From Caecitellus pseudoparvulus (Eukaryota; Protista; Bigyra: Bicosoecida): DNA of 33,327 nucleotides. Of the stretch, positions 17,201-27,403 are shown piece by piece; the first letter of the stretch is position 1, and each line of letters opens with the position of its first letter. The DNA is taken from the NCBI GenBank assembly GCA_965644315.1, contig CBFFRQ010000170.1, positions 1-33,327 of the forward strand, written 5' to 3'. A program made the translations under genes and the position numbers. Below the pieces are notes generated by a model. That model was not told the DNA's origin. It worked only from the letters and a program-made list of their open reading frames with translations, and ran no database searches.

Positions 17201-20048
17201 CCATGGCCCGAGCATTCATGTGCTTCATCTGGGCGCGGTGCACGTGGAAGCGGCAGTGGAACTTGCCCCGCATGACGCTGACGGAAAAGGCGGGGTAAAT
17301 GGGCATGCCTTGCAGGTCCAGGTTCTTGAGTGCGACGCCCATGGGCGCGTCGAAGTTCCCGTTCAGGCCGAAGGTCATGGTGCGCTTGTCGGAGTCCACG
17401 GCGCAGCTGATGATGTCGCCGTTCTCCCACTCACTGCCAAAGGAGCCGTCATCCCCGCCATTGCACTTCTTCCGGCGCTGGCCGTCCCAAGCCCACGAGT
17501 TGGGGTCGTCACCCACGCCATTGTTGCGCTTGGTCGTGAAGGCGTTGTTCACCCAGCCCACCTGCAGGTACCGGTCTCGCCCAGAGAACATCTGCAGCTC
17601 GTAGAAGTACCTGCCCGACGTCACCGCCGCGCCTGGAATGGCCACTGTGGGGAACGAGGACGCTTTGCTAGTGTTCAGCGACAGCCGCACGCGGCCACTG
17701 CTGTCTCCCATGAACAGCCCATCGATGCCGAGGATCTGGTACTTCCGCCTGCCAGACACCATGGGCAGGGGGTGCGTTGGCCCACCAGCGTTGAACTCGA
17801 GTGCGTACTTGCTCTGCAGCACCTCGCGGCTCTCGCTGCCCGCATACCGCAGCGCGTCATCGCTGTCGTCCATGACTGCAAAGTCAAAGTAGTCCTCCGC
17901 CACTGCCACCTGGTCGCCACCCTTGGGCGACATGGCCGAGCCGCGTCGAGGGTGTCCCTTGGAATCTGGCGAGCCGAAGCCCTGCTTCTTACTCTGCCCT
18001 GTGAGGAGACGCATGGTGCTCATCTTCAGCATGGCGTCCTCCTTGTGTTCATCCAGATCCTCGTCATCCTCACCAGGGTTGCCACTGGAGGAAAGGCGGC
18101 CGGGAGATCCGCCCTGGGCTGGCTTGACTTGCCCACTGCCAGATTTCTGCTTCTCTTCCGCTTCAAATCCGCCTGGGCTGTCTGCCCTACCCGACGCAGG
18201 GGTGGGCAAAGTAGGCGGTGCCTTGGACTCGCCAGCGCCATCCTGCGGAACAGACGATGAGGACTCGTGAAGTCCACTCACACCAGAGCCAGTCAGCGTT
18301 GTAGAAGGCTCTGCACGGGCATCGAAAGCCGAGGGTCGGTGCCCGGCGCCAAGTCCGCTCAGGTCCACCTTGGACATCTGCGTGGAGGGATCCTCCGCGT
18401 GGCTTGTTTCAGACAAGCAGATGAAGTTGTTGTCTGTGTCCAGAGTCATCAGCTTGATCATACGATCGGCGCCGGTGGTGATGAAGAGGAAGTCAATGGC
18501 AGCGGACAGCCGGTCCACCCGCAGTGTCGGCATGGAGGAGCTGATCCACGGCCTCACCTTGCCCAAAAGCCCATTGCTCACGGGCACGATCTGCGTGATG
18601 CTGCCCTCGTGTTGGGGTGCCATCTCAGCCACCACCCGCCAGTCCATCCACAATGACTCCGGGACATGTGCAGAGCGAGGCGCACCGAGTACGGCCAGCA
18701 GCCGCCCACGTGACGTGCCCACCAGGATGACGTCGTTGGGGGTGGGCATACTGGGCCGCGGCGCATCCACCACAATGGTCTCCTCCTCTTCACTCATGGA
18801 CGCTTGCTTCTCTGTGGCAGCAGCCACGTAGTCCAGCCACACCTGCTGCTGTACATTGCCGTCATCGTCGGTGGCCTCCCACTTCACCGCCAGGGGGTTC
18901 GCGATGGACGAGACCTGCGTGATGCGCTCCCCTGTCGACAACTCGATGACGTCCGCGGCAAAGTAGTTCAGAGCACGCGCTTGCTCTGTGACATTGCTGA
19001 AGTAGATGCCACCGGCGCTCGTCACCGTCGCAAACCACGACAGAGCTCCCCAAGCCATCTGATTGGCAGGGACGTGGTCAATGAGGGGCAGTTGGCTCTT
19101 GTACTTCAACTGCAGTCCTGTCACTGGCGCTGCGGCAAACTCGCGGGAGGCGTCTGTGTCTGGTTCCAGCCTGTTCCGCACCTCCCGCGTGGCCCCGACA
19201 AAGGCAGAGGGGAAGGCAAAGAAGTACGACACGATGCCGACGGGGATGCCATCATCCGGAATGAGGCCGTGCAGCAGCAGGCGCGCCTGTCGCTCCTTCT
19301 CCAGCGTCGCCTCGTCCCCGTCTTCCAACTGCCCATACCCGCTGCCGAAGTGCAAGACGTAGATCTCCCGCCCAGTAGTGAGCAGGTTCTTCGTCTCGTC
19401 GTCGCCGGTGTCTGGATCCATGAGGGGCCAGTGCGCTGTGAAGTTGCTCAGGTGCCCTGGCAGCAGCTTGGCGGTGATGTGCTTGGCCGACTTCAGCCAC
19501 TCCGTCGTGGCGCCCAGCGGCTCGGCATCCAGGTGAGTCAGTCGCCAAGGCACAATGGACTTAGATGCAGTCTGCACGAAGAGGGCTGGCTCTTCCTCCG
19601 TGGGGTACCGCTTCGTGCTTTGGACGAGCGTTCGAGCATCTAAGAAGCAGTTGCCGTCCTCACCCGTCAAAGCAATGTCCAGCTTCTCAAGCCTGACATG
19701 AACGGGCTCGTACCCCTGACCAGGCGGCACGCTCATCTCTTCCAAGAACCCTGGCAGGTCGCTCTCGCCTGGGTCTGCAACATCTGCGGCCGAATCGTGC
19801 ACTTCCACAGGGGCGAAGTCGCCCTCCACACGGTCGTTGGAGATGCCCCACACGCAGACACCGACCTTGTTAATGCCCACCAGAGCCGCCGACCGCGCTT
19901 CATACGTCTCTCGCTCAACGCGGCACAGAGACTTGACTGCTTCGCCCTCCGTCTGCACGCCGTGGCCCAGCTCTTGGATGTACTGCAAGCCGGCATACAC
20001 CTGCCACACACGCACAGAGCCTCGGGAGTCGCCTGTCACGAGATGCAA
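14265..20048 (-). CDS. Large protein (1927 aa or more): WD40-like N-terminal region, SPRY domain, Ala-rich helical region, EF-hand pair and C-terminal transmembrane segment(s)
   Basis: WD-like HLVTGDSRGSVRVW, ILVGTSRGRL and FITTGADRMIKL. SPRY motif GRYFYEL..LQVGW..GVGDDPNSWAWDG..WENGDIISCAVD (~17230-17670). EF-hands FDTDGGGISFDEF and LDVIESDNVLDRQEF (~14575-14760). Hydrophobic VLLYSLMVLVVLLVIMLVFILLGV. The true start is unresolved. Confidence 0.9.
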   Translation of the reverse strand: MHLVTGDSRGSVRVWQVYAGLQYIQELGHGVQTEGEAVKSLCRVERETYEARSAALVGINKVGVCVWGISNDRVEGDFAPVEVHDSAADVADPGESDLPGFLEEMSVPPGQGYEPVHVRLEKLDIALTGEDGNCFLDARTLVQSTKRYPTEEEPALFVQTASKSIVPWRLTHLDAEPLGATTEWLKSAKHITAKLLPGHLSNFTAHWPLMDPDTGDDETKNLLTTGREIYVLHFGSGYGQLEDGDEATLEKERQARLLLHGLIPDDGIPVGIVSYFFAFPSAFVGATREVRNRLEPDTDASREFAAAPVTGLQLKYKSQLPLIDHVPANQMAWGALSWFATVTSAGGIYFSNVTEQARALNYFAADVIELSTGERITQVSSIANPLAVKWEATDDDGNVQQQVWLDYVAAATEKQASMSEEEETIVVDAPRPSMPTPNDVILVGTSRGRLLAVLGAPRSAHVPESLWMDWRVVAEMAPQHEGSITQIVPVSNGLLGKVRPWISSSMPTLRVDRLSAAIDFLFITTGADRMIKLMTLDTDNNFICLSETSHAEDPSTQMSKVDLSGLGAGHRPSAFDARAEPSTTLTGSGVSGLHESSSSVPQDGAGESKAPPTLPTPASGRADSPGGFEAEEKQKSGSGQVKPAQGGSPGRLSSSGNPGEDDEDLDEHKEDAMLKMSTMRLLTGQSKKQGFGSPDSKGHPRRGSAMSPKGGDQVAVAEDYFDFAVMDDSDDALRYAGSESREVLQSKYALEFNAGGPTHPLPMVSGRRKYQILGIDGLFMGDSSGRVRLSLNTSKASSFPTVAIPGAAVTSGRYFYELQMFSGRDRYLQVGWVNNAFTTKRNNGVGDDPNSWAWDGQRRKKCNGGDDGSFGSEWENGDIISCAVDSDKRTMTFGLNGNFDAPMGVALKNLDLQGMPIYPAFSVSVMRGKFHCRFHVHRAQMKHMNARAMAGYRPIGELLTSQAVAEELRLDMVEAVNGANLPVHDAMRMQMAFVSDLYSQRDRLDEFVEAEMSDKFAQKQEEHTNQLHHLVGDARSSSATVQLMIDEDEMRTLSSHDAAVAVKSLAVRDDLARASAEAGLDLTRDSACIDLDRALKLLTRVESARFSNIPFCREEDDDVGGKAKPVRATARVLSTILKFVTGRLPPAEELLRILPVARAAGPALAAVAASSGDRGDEETTRRPWLLDRVLPVLQAAQRWSVGVGLHPLQSLRGMSNRTMEKYFGVKGASVRLLSRAVWGANPAFVLPEVDRVLIGFFSLMQGDVGTGLCRILGIPRVMLTQNTVQLTLLHNESIRNSLIRLLLRRLPKPAAEAIVQHVRDVSQGGHELPPGLTSFEEVKLLQSVSPSSIESAMGLLGPVDKVQAVLQRDTSGKAARSRKGQVSQAAQASMAVVKFAASQVSHGIATSVAAPLAALSASASAAAGQAQDAASSMVGGANLSSLLSADIMGARDSALGAVGSAAGAISGGISQAQGALSSLGMVTDFLSQGSGDEIFAKRLRDPKFLAVTLGGILLRGNPGELLTTIPVFVQALVQNEPKLVAALGVIQHFIALMQARLRALEDVSNAAASQAESVIGSAASVASRAQTAGQSGAAAAAAVSAAGSTSGSSAKKALAVSKAVAEELGKRQQHIMQLLESVVPVEQHGALAIVDAILSLSRRDISGVRKLALQLGGFNKDRLETIINTITGLVEQLQRAGVDTSSPGAAASAATAAATAAAKVALDAAKDKAKAAMDSVVAGAKTKLANKFASLPLVNGRLSDQAIDLLYDAFDTDGGGISFDEFVDFTANASLPLTNERAKRIFASLDVIESDNVLDRQEFKAGIHILLREITEAALSAMGLSWDVLLYSLMVLVVLLVIMLVFILLGVQAMSGGSTFGAVVNSAMPLAGGLGLAAGTDPSQVAKQLREKATALKQRITDAIKNLQPKD

Positions 20049-20411
20049 GCAGGCATACCCTCATCTAAAGACGAGTTCCGGATGAAGGCAGCAGCGGTGA
20101 TGCCTCCCAGAGTGGCCACTGACAACGTCGGGTGTGGCACGATGAGGTGCGGCACGATGCTGCCGCCGCAATGCTCATCGTCAGCCCTTGATGTTGCGAT
20201 GCCGTGAATGTCGAACATGGCCGTGTAGAAGGCAATGGCTTCCGACAGGGCCCGCAGGCGCCTCCGCTACCTCTACAGGTACACTCTTGAAATCCAAACA
20301 CCAACACCTCTCGAAGGGCACTCCTTCATCCATGGCAGAAAGCAACGCAGAAAGGAATCCCACACAAGTACACATCCTGAAATGAACAGGTAGCGATGAG
20401 GATATGCTCAC
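20036..20411 (-). other. Probable out-of-frame 5' continuation of the SPRY/EF-hand gene (frameshifts or unrecognised introns)
   Basis: VATLGGITAAAFIRN (ORF 20036-20218) looks like the first half of the WD40 repeat completed by HLVTGDSRGSVRVW in another frame. The long ORF has only a TTG start just after a TGA. Confidence 0.5.
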
Positions 20412-21111
20412 CTGCCTGCAACTTGGTCAGCATGCCGCCAGCGCCACACCTGCTAGCCTTCTCCACCGCAGCAGCGAACTTCCCACGCAACAGCGGCATC
20501 AGGGAAGATTTTCAGCCTTCACACTTCGAAGTAGACTATATATCTATGGTGTTAATCCTCTAGCTTCGAAAACCACCCCCACCTTGCGCCAGCTTCTCCG
20601 GAATTGACGCCGGTAGGCATGGCAAACACAACCGATTTCCGCAGCACGGTTTGCCGCACTGCACGGCCCCCTGGCTGCCTGTCGCTGAGTGACGGCACGA
20701 ATGAGACTTCCTGGTCAAAACTAACATAGAAGGGCTCAGTCTTACAGGTCTGATTCTCTTGCTCCTGCCCCTCTCAGCGCCAGGCTGCACTAAATCGCTG
20801 GTTGCTAAAATCACAACCGCAGCGCTTGCCACTGCAGAAGAGTGTTCAAGAAGGCATAGCATCTCACGGGTGAGAAGTCATTCTAGAGTCCATTGTCATC
20901 TCACAGCTTGTTGGTGTCTCGTGACTTGATTGTTTAATGGGCTCCAATGGCGCCCTCGCCTCGATATGGGAAGGCATGTCTCGCACCGTCCTGCCCAGCA
21001 AACCTCCACAAACCTGGCAAGAAACTTTGCGGGGCGAAAATACGCAATCCACGTTCCGTGGCAGTCCTTCGTCTGACACATAGAAGCCTTGCCGAGCGGC
21101 ATTTCCACACC

Positions 21112-24100
21112 TCAGTCACTTCTGCCACTAGGCTCACTTGGTTCATCGGCATCACTTGAGTCAGGGTCAAACACATCCGGAAACTCAGTGATTTTTTCAG
21201 CCGTTGGCGTGGGCACAGGCACAAAGTCGCCACCCAACATCGCATGCACCAGCGGGGAGTCAAGGTACTTCGCGCATTGCTCCAAGTATGTCTTGTTTGC
21301 ATCAAGACCTGTGTTTGTGATGTACAGCATGTGCACCCGCCACTCTGGCTTGCTTACTCCATCTACTGGCTCTGCTGTCACCCTCAGCTTCTTGTACTTG
21401 TCAACACCACTGCCCTTCTGGCCGCCAGTTCCTTGCCCAGCACCACTTACACCGCCAACGGATACTTGCTCTGCCTTTACCCGCACGTCTGCCTTCAGCA
21501 GTTCTAACCAGGAGTTCACAACAGACATGCCACCCTCAGAGCCCTCTTCACCCCCAGCGTCTGATGCGGGCGCGTTCTCGCTGCCGCCAGGGTGCAACAA
21601 CCTCACGTTTCCATCCTCAAGAACCTCGAGGTGTGACCGTTTTGAGAGCGCCACCTGTGCAATGTCGCGCAAGCCAGGGGGCACATCCGTGGGTTTTCCC
21701 TTTCCTGATGCGTGGGCGTACAGGTTGGAGGAAGTCACCTCAACGAACACGGCGTGCTTGACCTCTGTGTCATGATGCACCAGCAAGGCGTCCACGCCAG
21801 GGCTGTTCTTCCACGTCTGAATCACCCATGCATCACCTGCTTTCATGCCGTGCAAGGATGACAACACATCTGCCGGCACCACAGAGCTGTTCAGCGCGAG
21901 CTGGTTTGGTGGTATGTCGCCAACTTGTGGCGCCTGCCCTCCTTTCAATCCCAAAACCCTCATCAGCTGTGACAAACGAGGAGCGTTCGTGACCGATGCA
22001 GGCGACACCACCTCCACCAAGTCCAGGGAGTTCTCGTTCTGAGGGTACTCCATGGACTGCTTCACTTTCTCAGGAAGAAATGCTTGGCCCACCGCCAAAG
22101 CACGGTGTCCGCACGCACCCAGCGCCAAGAGTGCGACAATGTCGCGCTCAAATTCACTCTCCGTGGAATCAGCCCCTCCTAACAGATTCGACAATCGCTG
22201 CCCATCTGTTCTCCCGTAAGTACGTGACAGCAACACCTGCAGGAGAGCATGCCTCGCTGCCAAGGACACAAACACTGCGTTTCTTCTCACCCTTTGGACT
22301 TTGACTTTGGTGCGGGACACCATTGAGGCGTTCGCCAGCCCATCAAGAGCTTCCCCCATATGCAATCCCCAGGTCGCTGCCGCGATGGTGGACCAGGTAA
22401 GCGCCACGTCTGTGCTGTTGTCACGAAGCTGTCGCTCGAGGCGCCTCTGCAGCTCATCCGACAAATTGTCGAACGTTTGCTGCAGGGCTTGTTTGTGCCC
22501 CATGTGCTTCAGATCGTGAAGGTACTGCCGAATAAAGCGTGGCACATTGCCAAGGTACTGCAGCATTTCCCACACCTCATGCTCCGTTGGAATCGCAGGC
22601 CCACCGCCCACTCCAGCGTGCCCTGCGCTTGGCAGCGACAGCTCTGCATCTACCCCACTGAAGAGCACTGCCATCATGGTCTTCGTCGTGGTTGGCCCCA
22701 GCTCGTAGAAAACTGGCAACGTTTGACTCTTCATCGTTTCCTCCAAAATGGTGTCTGGGGAGCTTGCCAGCACACGCATCGTGCCTTTCCCCTCATGCCG
22801 GCCGTCCCAATCACACCAACCAAGAAGCGCCCCTTTCACCGTACCCTGTTTCTCATCTTTCACATTTCGGTACAACTTGTTCACCTCGTCCACCACAACC
22901 AAGCGCTTGCTGTGCAGAGGCTCCGCACCAGGTTCACCAAACAAGTCATCCAGGACGTTCAAGACGGTCTGTGGAGGCAGCTTCGAGAAGCGTAGCAGCG
23001 GCCACATTCGTTTATGCAGCACATTCCCGCTTAAAGCATCCCCTGCGCTCGTGTTCAGCCCCTGCAGCAGCGTCTTTAAAGTAGTGTCAAGCAGAGCACC
23101 ACCATTCCGCACATACAGCACATCAGCCCCCAGGCCAACAGCCGCGATGCTGACCAGCGCTGCCAGAGTCGTGCTCTTGCCGCATCCATGTACCCCTGTC
23201 AGCAAATGCCCTGGGCCGTCACTCGTCAGCGCTTTTGCGCAGCTTGCAAGGAAGGCAATGCGCTCTGGCGTCCACACGATGCTCAACGTTCGTAGTGCCT
23301 GCCGAGGCAGCTGCTCCAGCGTGCCGTCTAGACAGGGACGAACGGCAGGTAGGTGAATGAAATTAGTTTCCTTCGGATGTAGCGTCAGAGGGAGCAGAGA
23401 CGGAGCTGCCTCGTCGTCCGTCGCCGCGCAGATGCCGTACTCTTGCTGAAAGTCTTTGGGCTTCAAACCCTTGCTGCTTACAGGCGAAATGAACCTCGTT
23501 GCAAATGCCACAACCTCCCCGTTTTCACCAAATACGGGATTCAATCCAGTGATGTCCATGGCGTACTGCGATGCGCCCTCGGTTCCTGTTGCACCACCTG
23601 CGTCGCCCGCTCGTCCCCCGTGCTCCACCTGCAGTGCAGCCTTGGCCTCCTCAAACCATTTCAACACCCCCTCCTTACCTCTCAGCATCGCATTTCCCAG
23701 ATCAAGCTTCCAGCCCAGCACATGCCGCACCGCCTGACGGTGGCCGGTCTCTGGCATGTACTCGTGTCCAGCCGCACTGTCAAGCAGCACTTCCCGCAGT
23801 GGCAGCACCGTATTCGAGACACCTGCAGAGGACAGCGCAGAAGCCCACGTGGCCTCTTCTTCGGCTCTCCTCTTGGCGGCGGCAGCTGCGGCGTCTGCAG
23901 CAGCTACAACATCTTCGGTGAAAGCGGAGAGCAAGACCTGCAGCAAGTCCTTGAGAATTTCGGGCTTCATGTTGAAGACTCCAAGAAGTGCCTTCTCGTT
24001 AATTTTCTTCGAGGGGAGCGCCAGCAGCTTCTTCATGCCCCGAGCTATCTCCTGCGTGGCAACCTTCTGATCCTGTCCACTCAAGTCCTCAAGCAAAGCT

Positions 24101-24614
24101 GGCAATGAAGGGCAAGCCAGTGCCAGGGCTGCGGCAGTTTCAGGGAAGGACCCCTGCGTCAAACGCAAAGAAGAGTGTGCTGGTGCTTGCGAAGGCTCGT
24201 GGGGTGCAAGCAACGCGCAGCACCTACCCGAGGCAGCTCAGGGGGCAGATACCTCACGGCCTCCTCCAATCCGAGATGACCCAGAGTTGCATGAAGACCT
24301 CCAGGCTCACGCACGGCCGGGGTTCTCATCGCCGTAAGCACAATGTCAGGCTCAGGCAGCATCGCCGTGCTGCAGAAGCGTGCTGCTCCCACGCCCGGCC
24401 ACGTGCGCCACGCCATTGAAGAAGACGCGTACTCTCGTCGCGGAACACTGCCCATCATGGCTTCCCAGGCGTGCTCCACAGAGGAGGTGTACTCAACACA
24501 AGCAGTGGGCATGAAAACGCTGCCAGACGAAACGCCACCACGCCAAACAATGGCGGCGGCACCTCTGAGTGCCCTGCCAGCCGTAGCTAGAGCTGAGCGA
24601 GAATTCAAGAGCAT
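21112..24614 (-). CDS. Crinkler/RHS (CR)-type protein: P-loop NTPase plus C-terminal restriction-endonuclease-fold domain; two exons (24614-24228, 24153-21112), about 1142 aa
   Basis: Walker A GVHGCGKST (~23170-23196), Walker B LVVVDE, LGNVPRFI, and REase-like NSPGVDALLV...VFVEVTSSNLYAH (~21710-21830). A 74-nt phase-0 intron (GTAGGT...CTTCTTTGCGTTTGACGCAG, 24227-24154) joins the ATG at 24614 in frame. Confidence 0.8.
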
Positions 24615-25149
24615 ACTTCAGAATGTATGGCAGACCAGTTGTGTTGGGCGCACCGGCGCTCGACGCGAACTTGGAGTCGGTGTTGGCTTGTGCTGACGCC
24701 TGCGTCCCAGCACTTCGCAAAACTTGCACAGCTCTTCGAAGCGCCGGGTTGAGCTTGCCTGCGTCACTTGAGGGCCGAGATAGTTCTGCTTGGCTATGAC
24801 GTGGCAGAGGCGTGTAGTTTTTGGTGAGAAATGTGTGCAAATGCGAAAACTGTCTCCGTGGCTGGCGCTTGTGAAACGACGTTTCATGCTTTGGACGCTG
24901 ATGCCAGCTCCACCCCCCGGCACACACCACACCAATCCTGGCGGTCACACTTGGCCTGAGAGACTCCCCGCCGTGTCTAGGTTCCGAAAAATGCCATCAA
25001 TCTCCGTTCCAGCCCCTCTTCCCTTGCATACGTCACACCCCTCTGACATCACAAGAGCACTGTGTGTGAGAGAGACAAGCCTGGCCGGTTGGTGTGGATT
25101 TCACACATTGGGCTGGCTCATGCGACACAGGTGACAAGACGCCCCAGCA

Positions 25150-25830
25150 GCACCACGCAGCAAGGCCATAGTGGACACCTTCAAAACGCAGCACGTCGCT
25201 CACCGGGTTTGTGTCGAGGAATTCCCAACACCACCTTGACTTGGCCAGCGTCGGATCTGCGAGGAATGGCAGCGCTTGAAAGAGCAAGCTCCTGGTTCGT
25301 GCCACACAACAGGCAGCACAACAGTGCATGGGTGGAAAGAGGTACATATCCATACGTGCTCTTCGCACTCTTCATGGCATCCAGCGGCTCCCACCAGCGC
25401 TGGAGCAGGGGTGGTACTGAGCTTGTTGGGAGGAGGCATGCTCGTTGAGTTCAGCACGAAGCCCGGCTCACACTAGCACACGCCACCGCCGTGCGTGAAG
25501 TCTGGCAAAAATGCAGCATTGGGGTCAGCACAGGCGCACGTGCTGCACCCCGCAGGATCCCCGATCCCGAACGCCGTCAGCAACAGGGTCTGTGCACCCA
25601 TGCCCGCCAGGGAAGGCAGCGCCTCATCGCAGGCAAAGCCGTCCGAGGAGGCGACGCTGGCGTGCCCTGCCATATTCTTGGCGCGCACATTGGTATACAC
25701 GGTGCTCCCAGGCGTCAGATCGAGGCCTGTCGCAGCCCATGCCGTGCGCTGCGCCACGACCGTTCAAAGGGTCGCTGCCAAACACCCCAAAGATACTTGG
25801 AACGTCACAGAGACGTGGATCGTGTAAGCC
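25150..25830 (-). pseudogene. Decayed fragment of an extracellular FN3-like/EGF-like repeat protein
   Basis: GLDLTPGSTVYTNVRAKNMAGHASVASSDGFACD (FN3-like end motif), GVC*CEPGFVLN (EGF-like, with a stop) and WEFLDTNPVSDVLRF in another frame. Confidence 0.6.
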
Positions 25831-25950
25831 AGCATCATCACCTTTCTCTGCAGCCGTGCAGTACACGAAGAAGAGGTCCACATCTTCTGGTCGAGAGATG
25901 GAGTCAATGAAGGTGGCAGCGTCTTCCCCATCTCCGCCACATAATCCAGC

Positions 25951-26895
25951 GCTGTCTGCAGTCAAGGGATTTTCTGTCCCCCCCGTAAACCCCTCCAACA
26001 CCACCTCGTTCCCGTGTGCGGGGGGGGTGGGCACACCTTCCCGGGCGCGTCAGAAGCTGGAACAAGTCAAAATGGCATTATTTCATGTGCACACTGTGTC
26101 ACACTCGTTTCACGCTGCGGGAGCCGCGGCGGGCCGCGCAATGTGACGGGGTGGATTGGCGTGGTGGCGCGGGAGGGCTGGGTCGGAGGCCGAGGCAGGC
26201 AGACTGGTCAACTTTTCTGGTCGTTCTGGTGAAAGTCACAGAGGGGACTAAGCTTGATGCTTAGATTCAGATGTTTGCACTAGCGAGTGATGGCTCGCGG
26301 CGAATAGCGCAGGAGGCCCCTGCAAAGTGGGCCATTTTGGGCGCCAATTTCCGCCTCCACAGCTGAGCGGCAAACTGCCTGTGCCAGCTCCCTTGCACCG
26401 CAGCGCACGCGCGTATGAAGGCGATTTCCTGTCTTTGCATTACAATTTAAGCGCCGTGCACGATCCATTTGTCCGATACAGCACCCCCCTTGACAGGCTG
26501 TCTTGGGCTGCCTTGGGCTAAGTGGCGAAGCCGCCTCACGCGTCCTCGCTGGCGCTGCGCTGCTTGCCGACGGGGCCCTGCAGCGCCCAATGGAAGCGGT
26601 AGGACTCTTCCCCTGGCTTGCCCTTCGCGATCCAAGGCGCTTCGTGCACAACGGCCGGGCCAGCAACCACACCCCCGTCACAAGCATCCAGGGCTCTGCC
26701 TCGGCCTCCGGCACGTGGTTTACCCGCGCCCACCCCTGCACCCCAGAAGGGCCCAGCTTCAGGTGTCGACAGAGGAGGAGGGTCTCATCGGGCAGGTAAC
26801 TGCGTGCATCGTCCCTCAGTGGCGCCAGGGCCACGGCTACGTCCACCAGTGTCCGCTCCATGAATCGCTTGCCGTCCCAATCGATGATGCACATG
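25951..26895. repeat. Diverged dispersed repeat, copy 2 (direct repeat of ~10681-11620)
   Basis: Same collinear blocks as copy 1, at an offset of about 15.27 kb. Confidence 0.9.
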
Positions 26896-27164
26896 ACGTC
26901 GGCTGGTCCCGGCAGCAACAGCCAGTTGGTGTTGCCAGAGGGATACCGCAGCCTCACACTTGTGCACAGTGCGAGGGGGGGGCGGTGCCCTGCTTCCTTT
27001 CCATCCACGATGTCGCCAGGCTTTAGTTGCACCTCGTACAAGTTGCCCGGAGGCCCCACCCGCCGCTCCCTCAACCACGCCAGGGCGCTCGGCCCCGCGA
27101 CGAAGGACTCTGGGAAGGTCAGTAGTTCAGCAGCGCTCCTGAATCGCGCCACGGTCGGCCTCAT
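26536..27164 (-). CDS. Unknown protein of about 209 aa with one apparent 1-nt frameshift at the C5 run 26672-26676 (pseudogene or homopolymer error)
   Basis: MRPTVARF...SYLPDETLLLCRHLKLGPSGVQGW...EPWMLVTG, then a frame change to GVVAGPAVVHEAPW...GKQRSASEDA*. The paralogue at 11265-11620 runs through this point in one frame. Confidence 0.55.
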
Positions 27165-27403
27165 GGCCGTGCCCACCAAGTTCAGTGGGACCTCAGCGCC
27201 TGGGTCAGAAGCAGCCCGGCACAGGCGAGCTTGGCCTTTGATCGGGCCCTGATCTACCAACTGTACGTGTTGTACCTGTACAGTGTAAAGCAGAGGGCCC
27301 AGATGCAAGCTCAGATCCGGGAGCTGCAGGTGCACTTGAGCGTGGAGATGGGCAAGGTCACGCCGGGCGGCAGTTTCCGGGTGTCCAGTCCAGCCGTCTG
27401 TCC

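Noticed and set aside
14398-19643. Long plus-strand ORFs (966, 459 and 279 aa)
   Set aside because: They are antisense shadows of the GC-rich minus-strand gene and carry no independent motifs.
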